Assembly: GCA_963920595.1 (NCBI GenBank)
Contig: OY986947.1
Span: forward strand, 1-64,000
Length of the DNA: 64,000 nt
Source: Eimeria praecox
Lineage: Eukaryota
Direction of reading: 5' to 3'
Shown here one piece after another: positions 13,601 through 26,810 of the stretch; positions within the stretch are counted from its first letter, which is position 1; each line of letters starts with the position of its first letter. Made by a program: the position numbers and the translations under genes. Under the pieces are notes generated by a model, which was not told where the DNA came from, made no database searches, and saw nothing but the letters and a program-made list of their open reading frames with translations.

Positions 13601-16600
13601 AGTTGCTCCGTGGAAGCATTCGATGCCATTCAAGGGACGCGTCTCCTCTTCGTCCGCACATCAACTCTCAGCATGGGCAACGAAACATGTCAGCACTGCA
13701 AAATTATGCGATCCCCTAGTTGGACCGCCTGCTTACAAATGTAAAAACATCTGAACTGCAGTATTTCGATTCGTGTGCATTCCCCAAATATTGGCTAGTA
13801 AGCACTCAACAAGCGTACTTCCTGTGCATCCATAGACCAGCGCTTCCAGATGCTAAACATGCAAACGTCACCAAATCTAAACTGCACGCTATGCTGTCTA
13901 GCTCGAGGAGGCGCACTCAGCACTATACTGCTGCAACACGTCCCTCCACTATATTTGCCTATCTGCATAGCATCGCTCTAACGACAGGTGCCCTCGAAAG
14001 CTGCTGCATGGGCCTCCAACCCTAATTTGGAATCCTAGAGGGCAAAAACTAGAATACATGCCTCCTACACCGTTCCTTTTGCAGCCAGCCATACCCTAAT
14101 GCACCTTAGTTACCACTAGCATACGCATTAACGCCTGCATGCCACTCAAACAATGGACGCAGCATATGACAAATATAGGAACTGGGGCGTCCCTCATCAT
14201 GTTCTCAACAACGGTCACCAAGACACTCTATAATTTTTCGCGCAGACCGTTTGATCTTGCAAACAGTCTCTGCACCACTATCATTTCCCTCAGTTGCTCC
14301 GTGGAAGCATTCGATGCCATTCAAGGGACGCATCTCCTCTTCGTCCGCACATCAACTCTCAGCATGGGCAACGAAACATGTCAGCACTGCAAAATTATGC
14401 GATCCCCTAGTTGGACCGCCTGCTTACAAATGTAAAAACATCTGAACTGCAGTATTTCGATTTGTATGCATTCCCCAAATATTTGCTAGTAAGCACTCAA
14501 CAAGCGTACTTCCTGTGCATCCATAGACCAGCCCTTCCAGATGCTAAACATGCAAACGTCACCAAGTCTAAACTGCACGCTATGCTGTCTAGCTCGAGGA
14601 GGCGCACTCAGCACTATACTGCTGCAACACTTCCCTCCACTATATTTGCCTATCTGCATAGCATCGTTCTAACGACAGGTGCCCTCGAAAGCTGCTGCAT
14701 GGGCCTCCAACCCTAATTTGGAAACCTAGAGGGCAAAAACTAGAATACATGCCTCCTACACCGTTCCTTTTGCAGCCAGCCATACCCTAATGCACCTTAG
14801 TTACCACTAGCATACGCATTAACGCCTGCATGCCACTCAAACAATGGACGCAGCATATGACAAATATAGGAACTGGGGCGCCCCTCATCATGTTCTCAAC
14901 AACGGTCACCAAGGCACTCTATAATTTTTCGCGCAGACCGTTTGATCTTGCAAACAGTCTCTGCACCACTATCATTTCCCTCAGTTGCTCCGTGGAAGCA
15001 TTCGATGCCATTCAAGGGACGCATCTCCTCTTCGTCCGCACATCAACTCTCAGCATGGGCAACGAAACATGTCAGCACTGCAAAATTATGCGATCCCCTA
15101 GTTGGACCGCCTGCTTACAAATGTAAAAACATCTGAACTGCACTATTTCGATTCGCATGCATTCCCCAAATATTGGCTAGTAAGCACTCAACAAGCATAC
15201 GTCCTGTGCATCCATAGACCAGCCCTTCCAGATGCTAAACATGCAAACGTCACCAACTCTAAACTGCACGCTATGCTGTCTAGCTCGAGGAGGAGCACTC
15301 AGCACTATACTGCTGCAACACTTCCCTCCACTATATTTGCCTATCTGCATAGCATCGTTCTAACGACAGGTGCCCTCGAAAGCTGCTGCATGGGCCTCCA
15401 ACCCTAATTTGGAAACCAAGAGGGCAAAAACTAGAATGCATGCCTCCTACACCGTTCCTTTTGCAGCCAGCCATACCCTAATGCACCTCAGTTACCACTA
15501 GCATACGCATTAACGCCTGCATGCCACTCAAACAATGGACGCAGCATATGACAAATATAGGAACTGGGGCGCCCCTCATCATGTTCTCAACAACGGTCAC
15601 CAAGACACTCTATAATTTTTCGCGCAGACCGTTTGATCTTGCAAACAGTCTCTGCACCACTATCATTTCCCTCAGTTGCTCCGTGGAAGCATTCGATGCC
15701 ATTCAAGGGACGCATCTCCTCTTCGTCCGCACATCAACTCTCAGCATGGGCAACGAAACATGTCAGCACTGCAAAATTATGCGATCCCCTAGTTGGACCG
15801 CCTGCTTACAAATGTAAAAACATCTGAACTGCAGTATTTCGATTCGTGTGCATTCCCCAAATATTTGCTAGTAAGCACTCAACAAGCGTACTTCCTGTGC
15901 ATCCATAGACCAGCCCTTCCAGATGCTAAACATGCAAACGTCACCAACTCTAAACTGCACGCTATGCTGTCTAGCTCGAGGAGGCGCACTCAGCACTATA
16001 CTGCTGCAACACGTCCCTCCACTATATTTGCCTATCTGCATAGCATCGCTCTAACGACAGGTGCTCTCGAAAGCTGCTGCATGGGCCTCCAACCCTAATT
16101 TGGAAACCTAGAGGGCAAAAACTAGAATACATGCCTCCTACACCGTTCCTTGTGCAGCCAGCCATACCCTAATGCACCTCAGTTACCACTAGCATACGCA
16201 TTAACGCCTGCATGCCACTCAAACAATGGACGCAGCATATGACAAATATAGGAACTGGGGCGTCCCTCATCATTTTCTCAACAACGGTCACCAAGACACA
16301 CTATAATTTTTCGCGCAGACCGTTTGATCTTGCAAACAGTCTCTGCACCACTATCATTTCCCTCAGTTGCTCCGTGGAAGCATTCGATGCCATTCAAGGG
16401 ACGCGTCTCCTCTTCGTCCGCACATCAACTCTCAGCATGGGCAACGAAACATGTCAGCACTGCAAAATTATGCGATCCCCTAGTTGGACCGCCTGCTTAC
16501 AAATGTAAAAACATCTGAACTGCAGTATTTCGATTCGTATGCATTCCCCAAATATTTGCTAGTAAGCACTCAACAAGCGTACTTTCTGTGCATCCATAGA

Positions 16601-19600
16601 CCAGCCCTTCCAGATGCTAAACATGCAAACGTCACCAACTCTAAACTGCACGCTATGCTGTCTAGCTCGAGGAGGCGCACTCAGCACTATACTGCTGCAA
16701 CACGTCCCTCCACTATATTTGCCTATCTGCATAGCATCGTTCTAACGACAGGTGCCCTCGAAAGCTGCTGCATGGGCCTCCAACCCTAATTTGGAAACCT
16801 AGAGGGCAAAAACTAGAATACATGCCTCCTACACCGTTCCTTTTGCAGCCAGCCATACCCTAATGCACCTTAGTTACCACTAGCATACGCATTAACGCCT
16901 GCATGCCACTCAAACAATGGACGCAGCATATGACAAATATAGGAACTGGGGCGCCCCTCATCATGTTCTCAACAACGGTCACCAAGACACTCTATAGTTT
17001 TTCGCGCACACCGTTTGATCTGGCAAACAGTCTCTGCACCACTATCATTTCCCTCAGTTGCTTCGTGGAAGCATTCGATGCCATTCAAGGGACGCATCTC
17101 CTCTTCGTCCGCACATCAACTCTCAGCATGGGCAGCGAAACATGTCAGCACTGCAAAATTATGCGATCCCCTAGTTGGACCGCCTGCTTACAAATGTAAA
17201 AACATCTGAACTGCACTATTTCGATTCGTATGCATTCCCCAAATATTTGCTAGTAAGCACTCAACAAGCGTACTTCCTGTGCATCCATAGACCAGCCCTT
17301 CCAGATGCTAAACATGCAAACGTCACCAACTCTCAACTGCACGCTATGCTGTCTAGCTCGAGGAGGAGCACTCAGCACTATACTGCTGCAACACGTCCCT
17401 CCACTATATTTGCCTATCTGCATAGCATCGCTCTAACGACAGGTGCCCTCGAAAGCTGCTGCATGGGCCTCCAACCCTAATTTGGAAACCTAGAGGGCAA
17501 CAACTAGAATACATGCCTCCTACACCGTTCCTTGTGCAGCCAGCCATACCCTAATGCACCTCAGTTACCACTAGCATACGCATTAACGCCTGCATGCCAC
17601 TCAAACAATGGACGCAGCATATGACAAATATAGGAACTGGGGCGTCCCTCATCATGTTCTCAACAACGGTCACCAAGACACACTATAATTTTTCGCGCAG
17701 ACCGTTTGATCTTGCAAACAGTCTCTGCACCACTATCATTTCCCTCAGTTGCTCCGTGGAAGCATTCGATGCCATTCAAGGGACGCATCTCCTCTTCGTC
17801 CGCACATCAACTCTCAGCATGGGCAACGAAGCATGTCAGCACTGCAAAATTATGCGATCCCCTAGTTGGACCGCCTGCTTACAAATGTAAAAACATCTGA
17901 ACTGCACTATTTCGATTCGCATGCATTCCCCAAATATTGGCTAGTAAGCACTCAACAAGCGTACTTCCTGTGCATCCATAGACCAGCCCTTCCAGATGCT
18001 AAACATGCAAACGTCACCAAATCTAAACTGCACGCTATGCTGTCTAGCTCGAGGAGGCGCACTCAGCACTATACTGCTGCAACACGTCCCTCCACTATAT
18101 TTGCCTATCTGCATAGCATCGCTCTAACGACAGGTGCCCTCGAAAGCTGCTGCATGGGCCTCCAACCCTAATTTGGAAACCTAGAGGGCAAAAACTAGAA
18201 TACATGCCTCCTACACCGTTCCTTGTGCAGCCAGCCATACCCTAATGCACCTCAGTTACCACTAGCATACGCATTAACGCCTGCATGCCACTCAAACAAT
18301 GGACGCAGCATATGACAAATACAGAAACTGGGGCGCCCCTCATCATGTTCTCAACAACGGTCACCAAGACACTCTATAATTTTTCGCGCAGACCGTTTGA
18401 TCTTGCAAACAGTCTCTGCACCACTATCATTTCCCTCAGTTGCTCCGTGGAAGCATTCGATGCCATTCAAGGGACGCATCTCCTCTTCGTCCGCACATCA
18501 ACTCTCAGCATGGGCAACGAAACATGTCAGCACTGCAAAATTATGCGATCCCCTAGTTGGACCGCCTGCTTACAAATGTAAAAACATCTGAACTGCAGTA
18601 TTTCGATTCGTGTGCATTCCCCAAATATTTGCTAGTAAGCACTCAACAAGCGTACTTCCTGTGCATCCATAGACCAGCCCTTCCAGATGCTAAACATGCA
18701 AACGTCACCAACTCTAAACTGCACGCTATGCTGTCTAGCTCGAGGAGGCGCACTCAGCACTATACTGCTGCAACACGTCCCTCCACTATATTTGCCTATC
18801 TGCATAGCATCGCTCTAACGACAGGTGCCCTCGAAAGCTGCTGCATGGGCCTCCAACCCTAATTTGGAAACCTAGAGGGCAAAAACTAGAATACATGCCT
18901 CCTACACCGTTCCTTGTGCAGCCAGCCATACCCTAATGCACCTCAGTTACCACTAGCATACGCATTAACGCCTGCATGCCACTCAAACAATGGACGCAGC
19001 ATATGACAAATATAGGAACTGGGGCGTCCCTCATCATGTTCTCACCAACGGTCACCAAGACACACTATAATTTTTCGCGCAGACCGTTTGATCTTGCAAA
19101 CAGTCTCTGCACCACTATCATTTCCCTCAGTTGCTCCGTGGAAGCATTCGATGCCATTCAAGGGACGCGTCTCCTCTTCGTCCGCACATCAACTCTCAGC
19201 ATGGGCAACGAAACATGTCAGCACTGCAAAATTATGCGATCCCCTAGTTGGACCGCCTGCTTACAAATGTAAAAACATCTGAACTGCAGTATTTCGATTC
19301 GTATGAATTCCCCAAATATTTGCTAGTAAGCACTCAACAAGCGTACTTCCTGTGCATCCATAGACCAGCCCTTCCAGATGCTAAACATGCAAACGTCACC
19401 AACTCTAAACTGCACGCTATGCTGTCTAGCTCGAGGAGGCGCACTCAGCACTATACTGCTGCAACACTTCCCTCCACTATATTTGCCTATCTGCATAGCA
19501 TCGTTCTAACGACAGGTGCCCTCGAAAGCTGCTGCATGGGCCTCCAACCCTAATTTGGAAACCTAGAGGGCAAAAACTAGAATACATGCCTCCTACACCG

Positions 19601-21660
19601 TTCCTTGTGCAGCCAGCCATACCCTAATGCACCTCAGTTACCACTAGCATACGCATTAACGCCTGCATGCCACTCAAACAATGGACGCAGCATATGACAA
19701 ATATAGGAACCGGGGCGTCCCTCATCATGTTCTCAACAACGGTCACCAAGACACACTATAATTTTTCGCGCAGACCGTTTGATCTTGCAAACAGTCTCTG
19801 CACCACTATCATTTCCCTCAGTTGCTCCGTGGAAGCATTCGATGCCATTCAAGGGACGCATCTCCTCTTCGTCCGCACATCAACTCTCAGCATGGGCAAC
19901 GAAACATGTCAGCACTGCAAAATTATGCGATCCCCTAGTTGGACCGCCTGCTTACAAATGTAAAAACATCTGAACTGCACTATTTCGATTCGCATGCATT
20001 CCCCAAATATTGGCTAGTAAGCACTCAACAAGCGTACTTCCTGTGCATCCATAGACCAGCCCTTCCAGATGCTAAACATGCAAACGTCACCAAATCTAAA
20101 CTGCACGCTATGCTGTCTAGCTCGAGGAGGCGCACTCAGCACTATACTGCTGCAACACGTCCCTCCACTATATTTGCCTATCTGCATAGCATCGCTCTAA
20201 CGACAGGTGCCCTCGAAAGCTGCTGCATGGGCCTCCAACCCTAATTTGGAATCCTAGAGGGCAAAAACTAGAATACATGCCTCCTACACCGTTCCTTGTG
20301 CAGCCAGCCATACCCTAATGCACCTCAGTTACCACTAGCATACGCATTAACGCCTGCATGCCACTCAAACAATGGACGCAGCATATGACAAATATAGGAA
20401 CTGGGGCGCCCCTCATCATGTTCTCAACAACGGTCACCAAGACACTCTATAATTTTTCGCGCAGACCGTTTGATCTTGCAAACAGTCTCTGCACCACTAT
20501 CATTTCCCTCAGTTGCTTCGTGGAAGCATTCGATGCCATTCAAGGGACGCATCTCCTCTTCGTCCGCACATCAACTCTCAGCATGGGCAACGAAACATGT
20601 CAGCACTGCAAAATTATGCGATCCCCTAGTTGGACCGCCTGCTTACAAATGTAAAAACATCTGAACTGCAGTATTTCGATTCGTGTGCATTCCCCAAATA
20701 TTTGCTAGTAAGCACTCAACAAGCGTACTTCCTGTGCATCCATAGACCAGCCCTTCCAGATGCTAAACATGCAAACGTCACCAAATCTAAACTGCACGCT
20801 ATGCTGTCTAGCTCGAGGAGGCGCACTCAGCACTATACTGCTGCAACACGTCCCTCCACTATATTTGCCTATCTGCATAGCATCGCTCTAACGACAGGTG
20901 CCCTCGAAAGCTGCTGCATGGGCCTCCAACCCTAATTTGGAAACCTAGAGGGCAAAAACTAGAATACATGCCTCCTACACCGTTCCTTGTGCAGCCAGCC
21001 ATACCCTAATGCACCTCAGTTACCACTAGCATACGCATTAACGCCTGCATGCCACTCAAACAATGGACGCAGCATATGACAAATATAGGAACTGGGGCGT
21101 CCCTCATCATGTTCTCAACAACGGTCACCAAGACACACTATAATTTTTCGCGCAGACCGTTTGATCTTGCAAACAGTCTCTGCACCACTATCATTTCCCT
21201 CAGTTGCTCCGTGGAAGCATTCGATGCCATTCAAGGGACGCATCTCCTCTTCGTCCGCACATCAACTCTCAGCATGGGCAACGAAACATGTCAGCACTGC
21301 AAAATTATGCGATCCCCTAGTTGGACCGCCTGCTTACAAATGTAAAAACATCTGAACTGCAGTATTTCGATTCGTATGAATTCCCCAAATATTTGCTAGT
21401 AAGCACTCAACAAGCGTACTTCCTGTGCATCCATAGACCAGCCCTTCCAGATGCTAAACATGCAAACGTCACCAACTCTAAACTGCACGCTATGCTGTCT
21501 AGCTCGAGGAGGCGCACTCAGCACTATACTGCTGCAACACTTCCCTCCACTATATTTGCCTATCTGCATAGCATCGTTCTAACGACAGGTGCCCTCGAAA
21601 GCTGCTGCATGGGCCTCCAACCCTAATTTGGAAACCTAGAGGGCAAAAACTAGAATACAT
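7700..21660 (+). repeat. Subfamily A of the array (691-bp units, about 20 copies)
   Basis: Units carry CATTAACGCCTGCATGCCACTCAAACAATGGACGCAGCATATGACAAATA. The period is exactly 691 throughout. Confidence 0.97.
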
Positions 21661-24600
21661 GCTTTCTACACCGTTCCGTTTGCAGCCAGCCATACCGTAA
21701 TGCATCTCAGTTACCACTAGCATACCCATTAACGTTTGCATGCTACTAAAACGATGGACGTAGTATGCGATGTATATAGAACCTGTGGCGCCCTACAACA
21801 CGTTCGCAATATCGGCTAGCAACCTACACTCTATAAGTTTCGCGCAGACCCTTTGATCTTCCATGCAGGCTCTGCACCACTATCATTTCCCTCAGTTGCT
21901 CCGTGGAAGCATTCGATGCCATTCAAGGGACGCGTCTCCTCTTCGTCCACACATCAACTCTCAGCATGGGCAACGAAACATGTCAGCACTGCAAAATTAT
22001 GCGATCCCCTAGTTGGACCGCCTGCTTACAAATGTAAAAACATCTGAACTGCAGTATTTCGATTCGTATGAATTCCCCAAATATTTGCTAGTAAGCACTC
22101 AACAAGCGTACTTCCTGTGCATCCATAGACCAGCCCTTCCAGATGCCAAACATGCAAACGTCACCAACTCTAAACTGCACGCTATGCTGTCTAGCTCGAG
22201 GAGGAGCACTCAGCACTATTCTGCTGCAACACTTCCCTCCACTATATTTGCCTATCTGCATGGCATCGTTCTAACGACAGGTGCCCTCGAAAGCTGCTGC
22301 ATGGGCCTCCAACCCTAATTTGGAAACCTAGAGGGCAAAAACTAGAATACATGCCTCCTACACCGTTCCTTGTGCAGCCAGCCATACCGTAATGCATCTC
22401 AGTTACCACTAGCATACCCATTAACGTTTGCATGCTACTAAAACGATGGACGTAGTATGCGATGTATATAGAACCTGTGGCGCCCTACAACACGTTCGCA
22501 ATATCGGCTAGCAACCTACACTCTATAAGTTTCGCGCAGACCCTTTGATCTTCCATGCAGGCTCTGCACCACTATCATTTCCCTCAGTTGCTCCGTGGAA
22601 GCATTCGATGCCATTCAAGGGACGCGTCTCCTCTTCGTCCGCACATCAACTCTCAGCATGGGCAACGAAACATGTCAGCACTGCAAAATTATGCGATCCC
22701 CTAGTTGGACCGCCTGCTTACAAATGTAAAAACATCTGAACTGCAGTATTTCGATTCGTATGAATTCCCCAAATATTTGCTAGTAAGCACTCAACAAGCG
22801 TACTTCCTGTGCATCCATAGACCAGCCCTTCCAGATGCTAAACATGCAAACGTCACCAACTCTAAACTGCACGCTATGCTGTCTAGCTCGAGGAGGAGCA
22901 CTCAGCACTATTCTGCTGCAACACTTCCCTCCACTATATTTGCCTATCTGCATAGCATCGTTCTAACGACAGGTGCCCTCGAAAGCTGCTGCATGGGCCT
23001 CCAACCCTAATTTGGAAACCTAGAGGGCAAAAACTAGAATACATGCTTTCTACACCGTTCCGTTTGCAGCCAGCCATACCCTAATGCATCTCAGTTACCA
23101 CTAGCATACCCATTAACGTTTGCATGCTACTAAAACGATGGACGTAGTATGCGATATATATAGAACCTGTGGCGCCCTACAACACGTTCGCAATATCGGC
23201 TAGCAACCTACACTCTATAAGTTTCGCGCAGACCCTTTGATCTTCCATGCAGGCTCTGCACCACTATCATTTCCCTCAGTTGCTCCGTGGAAGCATTCGA
23301 TGCCATTCAAGGGACGCATCTCCTCTTCGTCCGCACATCAACTCTCAGCATGGGCAACGAAACATGTCAGCACTGCAAAATTATGCGATCCCCTAGTTGG
23401 ACCGCCTGCTTACAAATGTAAAAACATCTGAACTGCACTATTTCGATTCGTGTGCATTCCCCAAATATTGGCTAGTAAGCACTCAACAAGCGTACTTCCT
23501 GTGCATCCATAGACCAGCCCTTCCAGATGCTAAACATGCAAACGTCACCAACTCTAAACTGCACGCTATGCTGTCTAGCTCGAGGAGGCGCACTCAGCAC
23601 TATACTGCTGCAACACTTCCTTCAACTATATTTGCCTATCTGCATAGCATCGTTCTAACGACAGGTGCCCTCGAAAGCTGCTGCATGGGCCTCCAACCCT
23701 AATTTGGAAACCTAGAGGGCAAAAACTAGAATACATGCTTTCTACACCGTTCCGTTTGCAGCCAGCCATACCCTAATGCATCTCAGTTACCACTAGCATA
23801 CCCATTAACGTTTGCATGCTACTAAAACGATGGACGTAGTATGCGATATATATAGAACCTGTGGCGCCCTACAACACGTTCGCAATATCGGCTAGCAACC
23901 TACACTCTATAAGTTTCGCGCAGACCCTTTGATCTTCCATGCAGGCTCTGCACCACTATCATTTCCCTCAGTTGCTCCGTGGAAGCATTCGATGCCATTC
24001 AAGGGACGCATCTCCTCTTCGTCCGCACATCAACTCTCAGCATGGGCAACGAAACATGTCAGCACTGCAAAATTATGCGATCCCCTAGTTGGACCGCCTG
24101 CTTACAAATGTAAAAACATCTGAACTGCACTATTTCGATTCGTGTGCATTCCCCAAATATTGGCTAGTAAGCACTCAACAAGCGTACTTCCTGTGCATCC
24201 ATAGACCAGCCCTTCCAGATGCTAAACATGCAAACGTCACCAACTCTAAACTGCACGCTATGCTGTCTAGCTCGAGGAGGAGCACTCAGCACTATTCTGC
24301 TGCAACACTTCCCTCCACTATATTTGCCTATCTGCATAGCATCGTTCTAACGACAGGTGCCCTCGAAAGCTGCTGCATGGGCCTCCAACCCTAATTTGGA
24401 AACCTAGAGGGCAAAAACTAGAATACATGCTTTCTACACCGTTCCGTTTGCAGCCAGCCATACCGTAATGCATCTCAGTTACCACTAGCATACCCATTAA
24501 CGTTTGCATGCTACTAAAACGATGGACGTAGTATGCGATATATATAGAACCTGTGGCGCCCTACAACACGTTCGCAATATCGGCTAGCAACCTACACTCT

Positions 24601-26779
24601 ATAAGTTTCGCGCAGACCCTTTGATCTTCCATGCAGGCTCTGCACCACTATCATTTCCCTCAGTTGCTCCGTGGAAGCATTCGATGCCATTCAAGGGACG
24701 CATCTCCTCTTCGTCCGCACATCAACTCTCAGCATGGGCAACGAAACATGTCAGCACTGCAAAATTATGCGATCCCCTAGTTGGACCGCCTGCTTACAAA
24801 TGTAAAAACATCTGAACTGCACTATTTCGATTCGTGTGCATTCCCCAAATATTGGCTAGTAAGCACTCAACAAGCGTACTTCCTGTGCATCCATAGACCA
24901 GCCCTTCCAGATGCTAAACATGCAAACGTCACCAACTCTAAACTGCACGCTATGCTGTCTAGCTCGAGGAGGAGCACTCAGCACTATTCTGCTGCAACAC
25001 TTCCCTCCACTATATTTGCCTATCTGCATAGCATCGTTCTAACGACAGGTGCCCTCGAAAGCTGCTGCATGGGCCTCCAACCCTAATTTGGAAACCTAGA
25101 GGGCAAAAACTAGAATACATGCTTTCTACACCGTTCCGTTTGCAGCCAGCCATACCGTAATGCATCTCAGTTACCACTAGCATACCCATTAACGTTTGCA
25201 TGCTACTAAAACGATGGACGTAGTATGCGATATATATAGAACCTGTGGCGCCCTACAACACGTTCGCAATATCGGCTAGCAACCTACACTCTATAAGTTT
25301 CGCGCAGACCCTTTGATCTTCCATGCAGGCTCTGCACCACTATCATTTCCCTCAGTTGCTCCGTGGAAGCATTCGATGCCATTCAAGGGACGCATCTCCT
25401 CTTCGTCCGCACATCAACTCTCAGCATGGGCAACGAAACATGTCAGCACTGCAAAATTATGCGATCCCCTAGTTGGACCGCCTGCTTACAAATGTAAAAA
25501 CATCTGAACTGCACTATTTCGATTCGTGTGCATTCCCCAAATATTGGCTAGTAAGCACTCAACAAGCGTACTTCCTGTGCATCCATAGACCAGCCCTTCC
25601 AGATGCTAAACATGCAAACGTCACCAACTCTAAACTGCACGCTATGCTGTCTAGCTCGAGGAGGCGCACTCAGCACTATACTGCTGCAACACTTCCTTCA
25701 ACTATATTTGCCTATCTGCATAGCATCGTTCTAACGACAGGTGCCCTCGAAAGCTGCTGCATGGGCCTCCAACCCTAATTTGGAAACCTAGAGGGCAAAA
25801 ACTAGAACACATGCTTTCTACACCGTTCCGTTTGCAGCCAGCCATACCCTAATGCATCTCAATTACCACTAGCATACCCATTAACGTTTGCATGCTACTA
25901 AAACGATGGACGTAGTATGTGATATATGTAGAACCTGTGGCGGCCTACATCACGTTCGCAATATCGGCTAGCAACCTACACTCTATAAGTTTCGCGCAGA
26001 CCCTTTGATCTTCCAAGCAGGCTCTGCACCACTATCATTTCCCTCAGTTGCTCCGTGGAAGCATTCGATGCCATTCAAGGGACGCATCTCCTCTTCGTCC
26101 GCACATCAACTCTCAGCATGGGCAACGAAACATGCCAGCACTGCAAAATTATGCGATCCCCTAGTTGGACCGCCTGCTTACAAATGTAAAAACACCTGAA
26201 CTGCACTATTTCGATTCGTGTGCATTCCCCAAATATTTGCTAGTAAGCACTCAACAAGCGTACTTCCTGTGCATCCATAGACCAGCCCTTCCAGATGCTA
26301 AACATGCAAACGTCACCAACTCTAAACTGCACGCTATGCTGTCTAGCTCGAGGAGGCGCACTCAGCACTATACTGCTGCAACACGTCCCTCCACTATATT
26401 TGCCTATCTGCATAGCATCGCTCTAACGACAGGTGCCCTCGAAAGCTGCTGCATGGGCCTCCAACCCTAATTTGGAAACCTAGAGGGCAAAAACTAGAAT
26501 ACATGCTTTCTACACCGTTCCTTGTGCAGCCAGCCGTACCCTAATGCACCTCAGTTACCACTAGCATACCCATTAACGTTTGGATGCTACTAAAACGATG
26601 GAAGTAGTATGTGATATATATAGGAACTGGGGCGCCCTACATCACGTTCGTAACATCGGCTAGCAACCTACACTCTATAAGTTTCGCGCAGACCGTTTGA
26701 TCTTGCAAGCAGTCTCTGCACCACTATTGTTTTCCTCAGTTGCTCCGTGGAAGCATTCGATGCCATTCAATGGACGCAT
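21661..26779 (+). repeat. Subfamily B of the array (692-bp units, about 7.4 copies)
   Basis: Units carry the diverged segment CATTAACGTTTGCATGCTACTAAAACGATGGACGTAGTATGCGAT...TCGGCTAGCAACCTACACTC. The period is 692, and the 98-aa MPLKQW ORF disappears after 21345. Confidence 0.96.
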
Positions 26780-26810
26780 ATAACTGTTCCCGCCGTTCTG
26801 GCTGGTGGCC

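Larger units (their letters stand above)
7700..26779 (+). repeat. Subtelomeric tandem array (telomere-associated satellite), 691/692-bp unit, about 27.6 copies
   Basis: The marker GGTGC(C/T)CTCGAAAGC recurs from 7768 every 691 bp to 21588, then every 692 bp to 26432 (28 occurrences). The ORF track repeats with the same spacing. Homology ends at about 26779 (TGCCATTCAATGGACGCAT). Confidence 0.99.

Noticed and set aside
7920..26470. Repeated 98/64/101-aa ORFs as a tandem gene family
   Set aside because: They overlap in three frames and two use TTG starts. Most visible variants change amino acids, some copies have stops (TAG near 8626; 64-aa ORF lost near 10900), and the 98-aa ORF vanishes in subfamily B. 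They recur only because the DNA repeats.
7700..26779. CRISPR-like array (constant region plus variable module)
   Set aside because: The context is a eukaryotic telomere, units are about 690 bp, there are no unique spacers and no cas genes.
7700..26779. Homology to the ~0.7-kb P. falciparum TARE3 unit
   Set aside because: Only the size is similar. The balanced base composition and pure TTTAGGG telomere do not fit P. falciparum.
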